Source of the DNA: a virus
Lineage: Duplodnaviria > Caudoviricetes
IMG/VR virus record: IMGVR_UViG_2974720863_000001
Span: 6,495-70,494 of that record
Length of the DNA stretch: 64,000 bases
Strand: one strand, 5' to 3'
Shown piece by piece: positions 49,897 through 58,952 of this stretch. Position numbers and translations under genes: made by a program. Under the pieces are notes generated by a model that saw only the letters and a list, made by a program, of their open reading frames with translations, was not told the origin of the DNA and ran no database searches. Within the stretch, counting starts at the first letter, position 1. Each line of letters begins with the position of its first letter.

Positions 49897-50928
49897 CTAT
49901 GCGTAAGATTTAAGTTCTTTGTTGAACTTAGTTAGGAGTTTCTGGAAGTTAGGTACACGAAGTGCGCCCATGAATGCCTTAGAGGTCATTCGCAGGAAGG
50001 TCAGTTGTAGCTCTGGGCCCATACGCATAATGTATTCCACAGCCGGAGCTAGGGTATCTGCATCTACTTTAGATGCCAACATACCTACCATTGCGTAGTT
50101 CGTTGCAGCATTGGAGCTAAGCTTAGCGGTATCAGGGTGTGCTACCACATCTTTGAACTCAGCTAACTCTTGCCAAATTTGACAGAAGTTACGGTACTCA
50201 GCACCTGCACCTTCACCAACTGTACCCGTGATTAGAGGCACCAAGTCTGCAGTCAGGTCTGTGTCATGCTTAGTCATGATGCTTAGCTTGTGCCAAGTAC
50301 GTGAACACGCATACGTGTTACCTGTATGTAGGGGGTCGAAGTTATTCAACAACTCATTCTTGAAGTTCAGCAGTGCAGTGATTCGAGGGTCACCTCCAAT
50401 ACTCATGAAGTAGGGTAGGAAGTCGTCAATGCTCACAGCAAGCTCAAGGTGAGTCAAACGTGATTGCAGTGAGGTAATCAGTCCATTAGACCCTGCACGG
50501 TCTTGTGTGCGGTTACCGGCTGCTACAACGAAGGCGAACTTGTTCAAGTGTTCTTGGCCAACCATGCGGTCAAGTGAAATTTTATGAAAAGCCCCTTGCA
50601 CGTCACGCTTAGCTTGAGTTAATTCATCACAGAAGATGAGCCAACCATTGTATCCATCAGGCACTGGGGTCTTCTCTGTAGGGAATTCATCAAACTGCTT
50701 GTAGGTAGCGTATTCACCCGAAAGGTCGGGCATACCACCTAGGTCAACAGATTCTTTCTGAGCCAGACGAACATCAATCAGCTTTAGCTTCATTTCTTTA
50801 GCAATGGATTTGATGATGTCTGATTTACCCATTCCCGGGGCTGAAGTAAGAAGAGGCACTTGGTGATGCTTCATGCACTTCATGATTAGTTTCTTAGCGT
50901 TTGCAGGGTTTACTGTAAAATTGCTCAT
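49897..50928 (-). CDS. MoxR-like AAA+ ATPase (N4 gp24-like)
   Basis: SAPGMGKS, IDVRLAQ, FCDEL, AAGNR, SRTW. Confidence 0.85.
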   Translation of the reverse strand: MSNFTVNPANAKKLIMKCMKHHQVPLLTSAPGMGKSDIIKSIAKEMKLKLIDVRLAQKESVDLGGMPDLSGEYATYKQFDEFPTEKTPVPDGYNGWLIFCDELTQAKRDVQGAFHKISLDRMVGQEHLNKFAFVVAAGNRTQDRAGSNGLITSLQSRLTHLELAVSIDDFLPYFMSIGGDPRITALLNFKNELLNNFDPLHTGNTYACSRTWHKLSIMTKHDTDLTADLVPLITGTVGEGAGAEYRNFCQIWQELAEFKDVVAHPDTAKLSSNAATNYAMVGMLASKVDADTLAPAVEYIMRMGPELQLTFLRMTSKAFMGALRVPNFQKLLTKFNKELKSYA

Positions 50929-51185
50929 TGGTTTACTCCTTGGTTTAGGATGTTATTAATGTTCCTTCTGGGAACATCTGAAGAAAAAAAAACCCTCATA
51001 CCAATAACGGTACAAGGGTCATGTCAAAATAGTCTAGGTTACGATGAGGTAGGAAAACCCCTGATGAGAACCTCATCGAATCGTAGCCCCCTAGTAGGCT
51101 ATTAACCAATCCCATCAGGATTTAAGTTAAGTGTACGTCTAAACAATAAATAGTAAAGCCTCCTTGGTTCAAAGAGACTTTGTGT

Positions 51186-51431
51186 TTACTTTCTAGCTTG
51201 AATAATCTTGACTAGTTGAGAGACGGGAGCATTCATAGGTGTTACCTCTAAGGCTTCATCTACAGACTTCTTCCATTTTCTCAACTGAACCAATTCATAC
51301 TCATCTATGTACCGGTAAACCATACGTTCTGATAAACCCATACCTTTAGCGATATCAGCTATCTTGGTTCCCTGCCTATATTGAACATAGGCATCTCTCT
51401 TTTTAAGCAGAGTTTCTTCTCTGGTAGCCAT
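51186..51431 (-). CDS. HTH DNA-binding protein
   Basis: G.KIADIAKGMGLSERMVYRYI. Confidence 0.65.
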   Translation of the reverse strand: MATREETLLKKRDAYVQYRQGTKIADIAKGMGLSERMVYRYIDEYELVQLRKWKKSVDEALEVTPMNAPVSQLVKIIQARK

Positions 51432-51452
51432 ATCAATTTCCTCTACGGTTAA

Positions 51453-51475
51453 CCAAAAAAGGAGCCGAAGGCTCC
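51453..51475 (-). promoter_or_regulatory. Candidate N4-type vRNAP hairpin promoter (may also act as a terminator)
   Basis: The + (template) strand reads CC-AAAAAA-GGAGCC-GAA-GGCTCC. Confidence 0.45.
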
Positions 51476-51820
51476 TCTTTGAATAGGTACAAGGCATCTC
51501 ACCTTGATTGACACATCATGTTTGGTTCCAGTGTTCGGAACCCTTCTGGGCTGTGTAGCACCATCAGGACACTTTTATATGTAATGATAGACAACGATTT
51601 GTCTACTGGGCATACGAGATACACTCAGTCCCTTGAATCAAGGCATTATTCTTTGGTTCAAGAAAGTATATCTCGATATACCTCCTGTTCTTATAGGAAC
51701 GAATCGACCATCTGTTAATCAATTAATTACTCAGGAGGTATATCTTGTAAGTACCCTCTCCTCCAATGGAAACCACTCACAAAAGGAAAGAAAATGGAAA
51801 GGATACTTACAGGATAAAAA

Positions 51821-51906
51821 GGTGGAAGGGAGAGGACTCGAACCTCTCGACGCTTGCAAGCTAAAGGCAGAGTTGCGCATCTATACCTTGTCACACCTGT
51901 CCTTCC
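51821..51906 (-). tRNA. tRNA-like element, non-canonical; anticodon cannot be assigned
   Basis: Acceptor GGAAGG/CCTTCC plus ACC end; T-arm AGAGG-TTCGAGT-CCTCT; D and anticodon arms irregular. Confidence 0.5.
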
Positions 51907-51919
51907 AGTAATGGCTCGT

Positions 51920-52400
51920 TCTATGGAGGTGAGCCCGACCTCCCGCGCTTATTTTTACGTGTAGGTGGCAAACACGACAATAAGAAGTTTTTTACATGGG
52001 TCATCTAATGTTCTTTCCACGGAAGAACTTTACAGTGTCCTTCATTCATCTCGGATTAGCGATTCCAAGCCGTATATTTTACATGTCTTACGTAGCAACA
52101 TGTGCTCTAGGTAGCTTTTACATCCGTTGAATACCCTAGTTGTGGATGGGGTCTGTGTGAACCAAGACCTGTTGAGCCAGTGGGTTGATAGGCCTTAACT
52201 TGGTTCAAATGGGGACTTCCACCCCTGTCCTGATTGTGCTTATTACGAGGAACTAACTCAGGCATTCCCCTCGGCTGATTATCTGGTCCAGCTCCAGTTA
52301 ATACATTTCACAGAGTTGGTAGGTCTTTCTAGATAGTATCATCAGTTTCACCTTTTGCAGGGACCCTTACATTAAAGGGTGTGCTATCTTAACAGCGAGC
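51920..52400 (-). ncRNA. Putative structured non-coding RNA
   Basis: No ORF of 60 aa or more; repeated short hairpins followed by TAAAA on the - strand. Confidence 0.4.
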
Positions 52401-52418
52401 TAAGATTCGATAGGATAC

Positions 52419-52805
52419 CTACTCATCTTCAAAGAGTAAATACCGACATTCTTCATTGGTTCCCAACGAGTAGATAGGAATACCTAAACTTCTCATATAG
52501 GTAATTCGAGAAGCTACTTTGCTTCTGGTAGACCGTGTAAGCTTCACAAGCTCATCCAGATACACAGGCTTCCCTTTCTCAAGCTGAGCCAGAACTTCAT
52601 GGTAATAGGTCTCATAGCCTCGTTTACCATCATTGAGAGAGTACAGGCCATATCCTGCACGTTTAATCATACCATCACAGGTCATACGCCATAGGGCAGT
52701 CCTGATAGTATTCTGGTTCAAGTCAGGGAAGTGTTTACGGATAGTAGGAACACGAACTTCACCACATTCTTCAATTAAAGCTTTTATTTTGTTTGGAACA
52801 GACAT
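52419..52805 (-). CDS. Protein with two winged-helix-like domains
   Basis: TIRTALWRM...G.I.R...G.Y.L and RSKVASRITYMRSLG..I. Confidence 0.55.
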   Translation of the reverse strand: MSVPNKIKALIEECGEVRVPTIRKHFPDLNQNTIRTALWRMTCDGMIKRAGYGLYSLNDGKRGYETYYHEVLAQLEKGKPVYLDELVKLTRSTRSKVASRITYMRSLGIPIYSLGTNEECRYLLFEDE

Positions 52806-52819
52806 ATTAACTCCTTTCA

Positions 52820-52839
52820 CAAAAGGAGCCGAAGGCTCC
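52820..52839 (-). promoter_or_regulatory. Candidate N4-type vRNAP hairpin promoter
   Basis: Template strand C-AAAA-GGAGCC-GAA-GGCTCC with a C-GNA-G triloop, upstream of the RBS of 52419..52805. Confidence 0.55.
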
Positions 52840-53085
52840 TTATACATAGTACTCAAGAGCTTCCATATCCAACGCATGAAGGAACATTGCATTTATTTGT
52901 GGGGTAGGGTCTTTAAGCTTAATCCACGTCATCAGAAGCTTTCTGATAGATGCATGGGTTACTTTCTTGCGTAACTTCTTGCAGGTGGTTTGCACCTTCT
53001 TGATGTCCCCATCATTGAACCAATAGCTAAGCCATACAGTCCTCATGACAGAGGCCATCTCATAATTAAACTCATATTCATTCAT
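52840..53085 (-). CDS. Hypothetical protein
   Basis: 81 aa. Confidence 0.5.
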   Translation of the reverse strand: MNEYEFNYEMASVMRTVWLSYWFNDGDIKKVQTTCKKLRKKVTHASIRKLLMTWIKLKDPTPQINAMFLHALDMEALEYYV

Positions 53086-53244
53086 TGATTCAAAACTCGT
53101 ATTTAACTAAGGACGTAAGTGCCGCACCGGTGAACATCATCACAGAATGTAGTGAACTGTGCATCGTCAGGTCGTTATGTAGTGTTTGGATGACGAATCA
53201 CGTGTCATCCACAAAGGCCACTCTTTGAATGACCTTTAAGGATG

Positions 53245-53529
53245 TTATTTGTGCTTGTCGAGCATAGTATTAGCTAAACGGAAGCAATTGATACCACCCG
53301 CAGCTACTGCATCAAGGGCTACAAGAGACAGTGTTTCCAACAACTCCGCCTTATCCGCTTCTAGCTGTGCTATTCGCTCAACCATTGAGTCGTGGCTGTT
53401 GATTGCCTCGAAAACATACGCTGGATAAAGAACATCAGCACTAAACGCGATTTCTGAGATGCTTCTAATCTCACACACATCAATATGTTGACTTACTGGT
53501 AAATCAAACACATCACTCATTTTCATCAC
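53245..53529 (-). CDS. Hypothetical protein
   Basis: 94 aa with RBS. Confidence 0.55.
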   Translation of the reverse strand: MMKMSDVFDLPVSQHIDVCEIRSISEIAFSADVLYPAYVFEAINSHDSMVERIAQLEADKAELLETLSLVALDAVAAGGINCFRLANTMLDKHK

Positions 53530-53719
53530 ATCACTCCTTCAATATTTTTGTCATTACCAAAATCCTCTTGGTATTTACCGGTAGTTTCACCAGTGATTGG
53601 GTCAATGTATAGGAACTTACGTACCGTATGATGGTGACGTTTCTGCTTATCAATCTTCTTTCTTGGTTTCTTAGATTTAGGCACTAGATTCTAGTCTCTC
53701 AAATTCAGTAGCAATGTGT

Positions 53720-54124
53720 TTATTTAACTAAATCCGCTGCGTATTCCATGAGCCAGATTTTAGGTGCTATCCATATCTGAATGGATGTCATTATGTTATC
53801 TACCATGAACAAGCTGAAAAATGCAGGGATGATTAAAAAAAGTGCGATAGGGGATGCTTCCCCAAGCTCATAGGTATCTCTATGGCTGTCATAATCCCAC
53901 ACCAATGTTGACTTACCCGCTTTAGGTTTCTTAACTAACCGGTAGCATCCGTAAAGTATAAGTGCCCCAGTTAAGGCAGTAATTACCCCTTGTACCGCAT
54001 ACCAAAGTAGCAGTTGATGAATGACATCAGGTAACTCTGCTTGCATGAAATCCACACTCGCATCAATACCGCTGATTGCTCGGTTCAGTATTTCTGCTAC
54101 CGCTGTTTGTAGTTGTTCGTTCAT
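53720..54124 (-). CDS. Membrane protein, two transmembrane helices
   Basis: Hydrophobic helices; WIAPKIWL.EYAA end. Confidence 0.6.
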   Translation of the reverse strand: MNEQLQTAVAEILNRAISGIDASVDFMQAELPDVIHQLLLWYAVQGVITALTGALILYGCYRLVKKPKAGKSTLVWDYDSHRDTYELGEASPIALFLIIPAFFSLFMVDNIMTSIQIWIAPKIWLMEYAADLVK

Positions 54125-54125
54125 A

Positions 54126-54332
54126 TTATTCCACCTCTGTTTCCTTGGCTTTGATGTGATAGTGTTCGGTTTCTACCTTATCCGCTCCATAGCTATGAGC
54201 CATAAGGTCAAATGCCATTGCTACACCGCCAACTAAATCCTCAGGTGAATACTCACCCTCATCAGCGAAAACCAAGAAGTCCTCTTTGATAGAGTTAAGA
54301 ATATGGTCCATTAACTGCTGTTGTTTGTTCAT
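54126..54332 (-). CDS. Hypothetical protein
   Basis: 68 aa, coupled to the upstream gene. Confidence 0.5.
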   Translation of the reverse strand: MNKQQQLMDHILNSIKEDFLVFADEGEYSPEDLVGGVAMAFDLMAHSYGADKVETEHYHIKAKETEVE

Positions 54333-54703
54333 CTCACTTCCTCTTTTTCAATGTCCCAGTTTTCGCAGTCTTCGAAAAATGTGCAACCTTTGCAACCTTC
54401 ACAACCTTCACAGAAGTTGCAGTCAGCGCAACCTTCGCAGTTTTCGCAGAATGAGCAATCTTCACAGTCTTTGCAATCCCAGCAGACTTTACATTCTTTA
54501 CATTCTTTACACCCTTTACAGTCCCAGCAATCAGCGCAGTCTTTGCAGTCTTCGCAGAATGAGCAGTTCCAGCAGCCTTTGTTTGTTTTGTTTGTCTCTC
54601 CAAAATCAGGGTTTTCCTTAGCAAACTCAGGGCTAACACCATTAACTGACTTGTCTTCTCTTTTTAGGAATTCTGCGTGGCTTTTGAATATTTGTGTTTT
54701 CAT
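54329..54703 (-). CDS. Cys-x-x repeat protein
   Basis: 22 consecutive CxX tripeptides; ATGA coupling at both ends. Confidence 0.75.
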   Translation of the reverse strand: MKTQIFKSHAEFLKREDKSVNGVSPEFAKENPDFGETNKTNKGCWNCSFCEDCKDCADCWDCKGCKECKECKVCWDCKDCEDCSFCENCEGCADCNFCEGCEGCKGCTFFEDCENWDIEKEEVR

Positions 54704-55233
54704 TTCACCTCTTCCTTTTCAATATCCCAGTAGTCGCTACATGAGTCAGTAAACTTCGCATCAACCACTTCCTTGGCTTTCTCGTAGGTAGAGAATACCC
54801 CAATCACTTGATTACCTTCGTAATGTACACCGAAGGTTAAAACGTATACGTAGGTGTTATCTGATACGTCTTCCTGTACTAGTGATTCTTTTAGTTTTAC
54901 TCTGCTTGGTTCCTGATATAGCGAGGGCAAGTGAGGTCGCCAAAAGTATTCACCTTCTTCCTCCCAGTCGATTTCACCGCAGGGAGATATCTCAGTGTAT
55001 TTCTGTAGCGCATGATAATAGGTAATCTCAACCATAATGTCATCAGGGTAGGGTTGTTTATAGTCCCCATCTCGCCATGCAAAACTATGCACACTCAAGT
55101 CACCATGACAATTTTGGTTTAGTACCGTAACATCAATACCATCGCCTACCTTGTACCCACCAAAGTCACCGACTAGCTCATCTCCCTTCATAAAGACAAT
55201 GCCTAGGTCTCTCGCTTGCTTAACGGTAATCAT
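54700..55233 (-). CDS. Hypothetical two-domain protein
   Basis: 177 aa; C-terminal YVLT.G..YEG..VIGVFST.EKA module. Confidence 0.55.
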   Translation of the reverse strand: MITVKQARDLGIVFMKGDELVGDFGGYKVGDGIDVTVLNQNCHGDLSVHSFAWRDGDYKQPYPDDIMVEITYYHALQKYTEISPCGEIDWEEEGEYFWRPHLPSLYQEPSRVKLKESLVQEDVSDNTYVYVLTFGVHYEGNQVIGVFSTYEKAKEVVDAKFTDSCSDYWDIEKEEVK

Positions 55234-55405
55234 CTCTCAACATCCTTCATCTTTAAGAAGCAAATAGCTATCGCTCGGTACGGGTTTTTGTCTTTAACTA
55301 GAATCGTGTTGAACTCTTCCGCTTGGTGTTGAAGTGTAATGGCTTTATACCCCTCGTACATTACTTTATTAATTTTGTCCCAAACTCTAAATTTAATTTC
55401 TCTAC

Positions 55406-55855
55406 TCATACCTCTACCTCGATTTCGATGAGTTGATCGCCTTTATTCATGGCGTCAGGCTTTTCTGTGTAGGCGCGTGCAAAGTCTCCTTTTGAAGTAA
55501 ACCTAATCCAGCGCTTCTCTTTCTTTGGTTTGATTCGGAGATTTATCTCGGCATCCATAAAGAGGTGGTCAGCAACCCAAGGGTAATCCTCTAGTGGCTC
55601 CATTTCCCCGTAGTTACCACTACCATTGGGCAGGAACTCAAACTCAGCATCACCACCATTCAGCCAGCGCAAACATTGTCCGTCCTCATTGTGTTGAGGT
55701 AGGCAGAGGAAGTACTTAACGTTGTCGTAAAACACCGCACCCCTCTCATCGGGGCTAACCAAGTACCATGCCCCTAAGCTTTTGTAAAATTTAACTAAAT
55801 CCCTATTCTCAGCCTTGGCGATAATCATATCTGCGTGTACGTGTCTATTGCTCAT
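55406..55855 (-). CDS. Hypothetical protein
   Basis: HVHADMI.AKAEN...YFLCLP.H motif. Confidence 0.55.
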   Translation of the reverse strand: MSNRHVHADMIIAKAENRDLVKFYKSLGAWYLVSPDERGAVFYDNVKYFLCLPQHNEDGQCLRWLNGGDAEFEFLPNGSGNYGEMEPLEDYPWVADHLFMDAEINLRIKPKKEKRWIRFTSKGDFARAYTEKPDAMNKGDQLIEIEVEV

Positions 55856-56208
55856 AACTTTAATATTCCTTTCTCTATTGCACGTCTGATGCGGTGCCTC
55901 CACATCTTGCGTTCATCAAAGGTGTCCACATCACACATGGCCAAAGCTGTCTCTTCAATAGAGTTAGTTTGGTTCAATAGTATCTGTGCTAATTCAAGGT
56001 GCTCATCCCACTTATAGGTGTGACGTATAGCATCCTCAAAGGTGCCTTTTACTGGTTCAACATTAAGGTACACATGGCCATTATAAATAATAAAACCTAC
56101 CTTGAGCCAAGCCACCATACGTCTGTAGCTGATGCCCACATAGCGAGCTGCAGCAGCCTTATTGCCATTGCATCGTTCAAGCAACTCTAAGTCGGTCATG
56201 ATGTCCAT
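55852..56208 (-). CDS. Putative HTH protein
   Basis: GNKAAAARYVGISYRRMVAW. Confidence 0.55.
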   Translation of the reverse strand: MDIMTDLELLERCNGNKAAAARYVGISYRRMVAWLKVGFIIYNGHVYLNVEPVKGTFEDAIRHTYKWDEHLELAQILLNQTNSIEETALAMCDVDTFDERKMWRHRIRRAIEKGILKL

Positions 56209-56212
56209 GAGG

Positions 56213-56452
56213 TTACCCCTGCATTAAATGGAACATTGCTTCACGCAACGTATGAAAGAACGGGAACTGACGGCCTACAGGCTTGTAGAAGCGTCCTTGT
56301 TTATAAATGGTATATCGTTGCCCATTATGGTCCATGATGTACTCACGGCCTCTAGGAGTCGTTATATGCTTAACTTTAAATGTTCTATCTAAAACTTTCA
56401 TGGTTCTTCCTTTAATTAAAAAAGGGAGCCTATCGACTCCCTTATATCGCAC
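56213..56452 (-). CDS. Hypothetical protein (probable start MKVLDR)
   Basis: Basic small ORF preceded by a hairpin. Confidence 0.45.
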   Translation of the reverse strand: MRYKGVDRLPFLIKGRTMKVLDRTFKVKHITTPRGREYIMDHNGQRYTIYKQGRFYKPVGRQFPFFHTLREAMFHLMQG

Positions 56453-56463
56453 TGGTTAAATGC

Positions 56464-56970
56464 TTAGTTTATTTTCATGAACAGGCTGTTTTCTTCGAAA
56501 GCAGTCAGCAACTCTGACATACCATTTACTGGTTCAAAATCACCTTCAGCAATTTCCATGAAGTACTCTGCGCCATTCTCATAGTGTGTAGCAAAGCCGC
56601 TGAATTTAGCATCGCCTTCAGTCAGGCACTTAGACACTTGAATATCTTTAGGGCGAACTAGAGTAGTTACTGGTTCAGTAAAGACATCTTTGTCTTCAGA
56701 TACAAGCACACCAATCATTGCATTTTGAGGCAAGTGCCCTAGGAAGTAGTAACGTTCACCGTGCGGATCACCTAGACATACCATATCCCCCTGTACAAAT
56801 TCTTCAGTTTGTTGAGGATGCTCTTCCGTTGTTTCTTCTGCTAATACAAAAATGTGCATATCATTCTCTTGTTGTTTTGATAAATCATTGAATGCTTCTT
56901 CTTCTTCTGAAGAGTAAGCGAGTGAATCACAGTTCATTAGTTCCCCTATTTTGCGTAGTGAGTGCCCCAA
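56464..56970 (-). CDS. Hypothetical acidic protein
   Basis: 168 aa. Confidence 0.5.
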   Translation of the reverse strand: MGHSLRKIGELMNCDSLAYSSEEEEAFNDLSKQQENDMHIFVLAEETTEEHPQQTEEFVQGDMVCLGDPHGERYYFLGHLPQNAMIGVLVSEDKDVFTEPVTTLVRPKDIQVSKCLTEGDAKFSGFATHYENGAEYFMEIAEGDFEPVNGMSELLTAFEENSLFMKIN

Positions 56971-57185
56971 CCATCCGTGAACTCTTGAGCTAACTCAAGT
57001 TCCTTTACACGAAGCTCAGCTATCTTAGCCTCAGCTTCAATTTTACGAACCATAAGATTTTGATGAAGTTCATCTCTTATGGTTCGGTCTTGCATCGTAG
57101 CCACTTCCACATACGCATATGTGGCATTAGTAACTACTACACCTATCACCACAGCAATAAGGACTACGGCCAATTCTTTCCACAT
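56946..57185 (-). CDS. Small membrane-anchored protein
   Basis: N-terminal hydrophobic helix plus coil. Confidence 0.5.
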   Translation of the reverse strand: MWKELAVVLIAVVIGVVVTNATYAYVEVATMQDRTIRDELHQNLMVRKIEAEAKIAELRVKELELAQEFTDGWGTHYAK

Positions 57186-57441
57186 AACGTCACCATGTGT
57201 AAGTTACGGTTAAGAGGGCATCGCTTAATCATGGGCTTAGCCTCAAGATTTCTGCGAGCAAATGATACAGCTAATTTGAAGTCTTTAAATAGAAGTTGCA
57301 TCTATAATTCCTCGAAGCATTGAACCAATGTAGAAAGAGAGATATTGATTACCTCTCCCTCGTCATTGACCAGTCTGTTTTTGTTACACCGATAGATGCA
57401 CCCGATGGTGCATCCATCTACCCATTCAACACATTGGTATC

Positions 57442-57705
57442 TCACTCAATCACCTTAATGGGGATTTGGCCTAACGAGGTCTCTGCTAGACCGGTCAGGA
57501 TATTATCCCCGCCCATTTGCTCAAGGATTTCTTCAGGCTTCACCTGAAGCGTTAGAGCGTTATCAATGATGGTGTACAGGCGATGCATACGAAGGTCTTC
57601 GTGGTCATCATCTTCAGGAGGCATAGCTTCCAGAAGCAGGTACAGCGCATACAAAGGAGAGTCCTTACAGAACTCAGGGATTACGATATCTTTTTTAGCA
57701 GTCAT
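57442..57705 (-). CDS. Hypothetical protein
   Basis: 87 aa, coupled to the upstream gene. Confidence 0.5.
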   Translation of the reverse strand: MTAKKDIVIPEFCKDSPLYALYLLLEAMPPEDDDHEDLRMHRLYTIIDNALTLQVKPEEILEQMGGDNILTGLAETSLGQIPIKVIE

Positions 57706-57907
57706 GGTTTGTTCCTTTCAGTTTATTGGTTATTTCAGTTAATCTGGTATTCAGTGGACAAGTCCCACATACTTGGCAGGGGTATGCTTCAATACCATCT
57801 GTGCAGTCACCTTCTACCCGTACCCGTATGTAGTAGGTACATAAATCCTGTTGCCTTCCCTTAGGAATAGTAGGAGTGTATTTATCCAAGGAGGTTAATC
57901 TACTCAT
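57695..57907 (-). CDS. MSR-array small protein with a CxxC motif
   Basis: MSRLTSL...CQVCGTCPL. Confidence 0.65.
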   Translation of the reverse strand: MSRLTSLDKYTPTIPKGRQQDLCTYYIRVRVEGDCTDGIEAYPCQVCGTCPLNTRLTEITNKLKGTNHDC

Positions 57908-58112
57908 GGTTCAGTACCTCCTTGACCAGTTCCTTTAGGTTATCTTCGTAGTAGATACACCGGAAGCATGCTGCCTCACCACTATCTTGAATTATACGCA
58001 TACACACAGGTTTAAATACATCTGCATCAAGATTCAGTCCCTTGAGTGTACTGGGCGTACAAAGGAACTCTATTGGTGTAGGGTATTTCATTACGGTAGA
58101 TAATCTGCTCAT
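57900..58112 (-). CDS. MSR-array small protein with a CxxC motif
   Basis: Internal start MSRLSTV...ACFRCIY. Confidence 0.6.
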   Translation of the reverse strand: MSRLSTVMKYPTPIEFLCTPSTLKGLNLDADVFKPVCMRIIQDSGEAACFRCIYYEDNLKELVKEVLNHE

Positions 58113-58148
58113 TAGTAAGCCTTTTAGTGTCTTGCTCAGGACGAGCAT

Positions 58149-58397
58149 TCAATCAAAGAGTTCAGCTATGATTTTGGGGAGTTTCACTTTCAATTCAAAT
58201 GTGAGAGTCAGGAATCCCTCCTCCACCTTAGCATCCCCATCTATCTCTATGTGCTCCTTTAGGCCATAAAGAATTGGGTATTTAACAGGATTAATAATCA
58301 TGCCAATGAGTCTCCTTGATTGGTTGCAGAAACTCATGGAAGCCTCCGAAGGAGGCTCTACTCTAGAGACCGAACCAAGGAAATACCTAGATGCCAA
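58149..58397 (-). CDS. Hypothetical protein inside the array, without the MSR start
   Basis: ORF track; true start uncertain. Confidence 0.4.
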   Translation of the reverse strand: MASRYFLGSVSRVEPPSEASMSFCNQSRRLIGMIINPVKYPILYGLKEHIEIDGDAKVEEGFLTLTFELKVKLPKIIAELFD

Positions 58398-58567
58398 TCC
58401 CTCATAGGGCAGGATTTACAGAAGACTGACCTACATGCCCATCCGAAGTAACGGAAAGCTTTGATGTTGGTAAAGGTGTAATATCGGTTCACTGAACAAT
58501 ATTCTACTGAACCAAACCTAGTAATAAGGAAGTTAGTAGAGTTCTTGTATGTTCTTAATCGAGACAT
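58358..58567 (-). CDS. MSR-array small protein with a CxxC motif
   Basis: MSRLRTY...CRSVFCKSCPM. Confidence 0.65.
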   Translation of the reverse strand: MSRLRTYKNSTNFLITRFGSVEYCSVNRYYTFTNIKAFRYFGWACRSVFCKSCPMRDWHLGISLVRSLE

Positions 58568-58752
58568 TTATTATCCCCTCTGACTATCTCCACAAGACGT
58601 ACCCCACTCCAATCTTTTATCCCAAGGGCGGAATACACCTGCCATGGTGTTAGGTTAACGCCGGAGGTACGTATCAAGGTGTAAACGTGGGATTCCATCC
58701 TCCTACCATCTAAGCGAAGGTACTCCTTATGTAAGGTATTTAATCGAGACAT
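58555..58752 (-). CDS. MSR-array small protein
   Basis: Internal start MSRLNTL; ends CLD inside the next start motif. Confidence 0.6.
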   Translation of the reverse strand: MSRLNTLHKEYLRLDGRRMESHVYTLIRTSGVNLTPWQVYSALGIKDWSGVRLVEIVRGDNKCLD

Positions 58753-58952
58753 CGAATTACCCTTATCGGTTGGTTGGTGATATGTTGCATAAGGAATATC
58801 TTCCCTTTTCCAAATAGGCATACAAAGTCATATAAGGAGTCCGTACAAGGAGGGTATCCTATAAGGTATAATGCTTTTCTGGAGATGGTGTACGATGAGG
58901 CAAACGTAGGCATTTTTTCTGCATTTTTTACTATGATGTCTAATCGAGACAT
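58740..58952 (-). CDS. MSR-array small protein
   Basis: MSRLDII...LYLIG.P; paralog of 58940..59152. Confidence 0.65.
   Translation of the reverse strand: MSRLDIIVKNAEKMPTFASSYTISRKALYLIGYPPCTDSLYDFVCLFGKGKIFLMQHITNQPIRVIRCLD

Noticed and set aside
51036-51090. Hammerhead-ribozyme-like core (CTGATGA...GAA) within a long imperfect hairpin
   Set aside because: Stem I does not form convincingly, stem II would be 2 bp, GAAA is GAAT, and it lies antisense to the local genes. A plain hairpin (CGATGAGGT/ACCTCATCG) explains it. An Infernal search would settle it.
54321-54752. + strand ORF with Gln/Ser repeats, and the overlapping 54334..54642 Ala/Lys/Thr repeat ORF
   Set aside because: These are shadow frames of the Cys-x-x repeat gene, which has coupled start and stop junctions.
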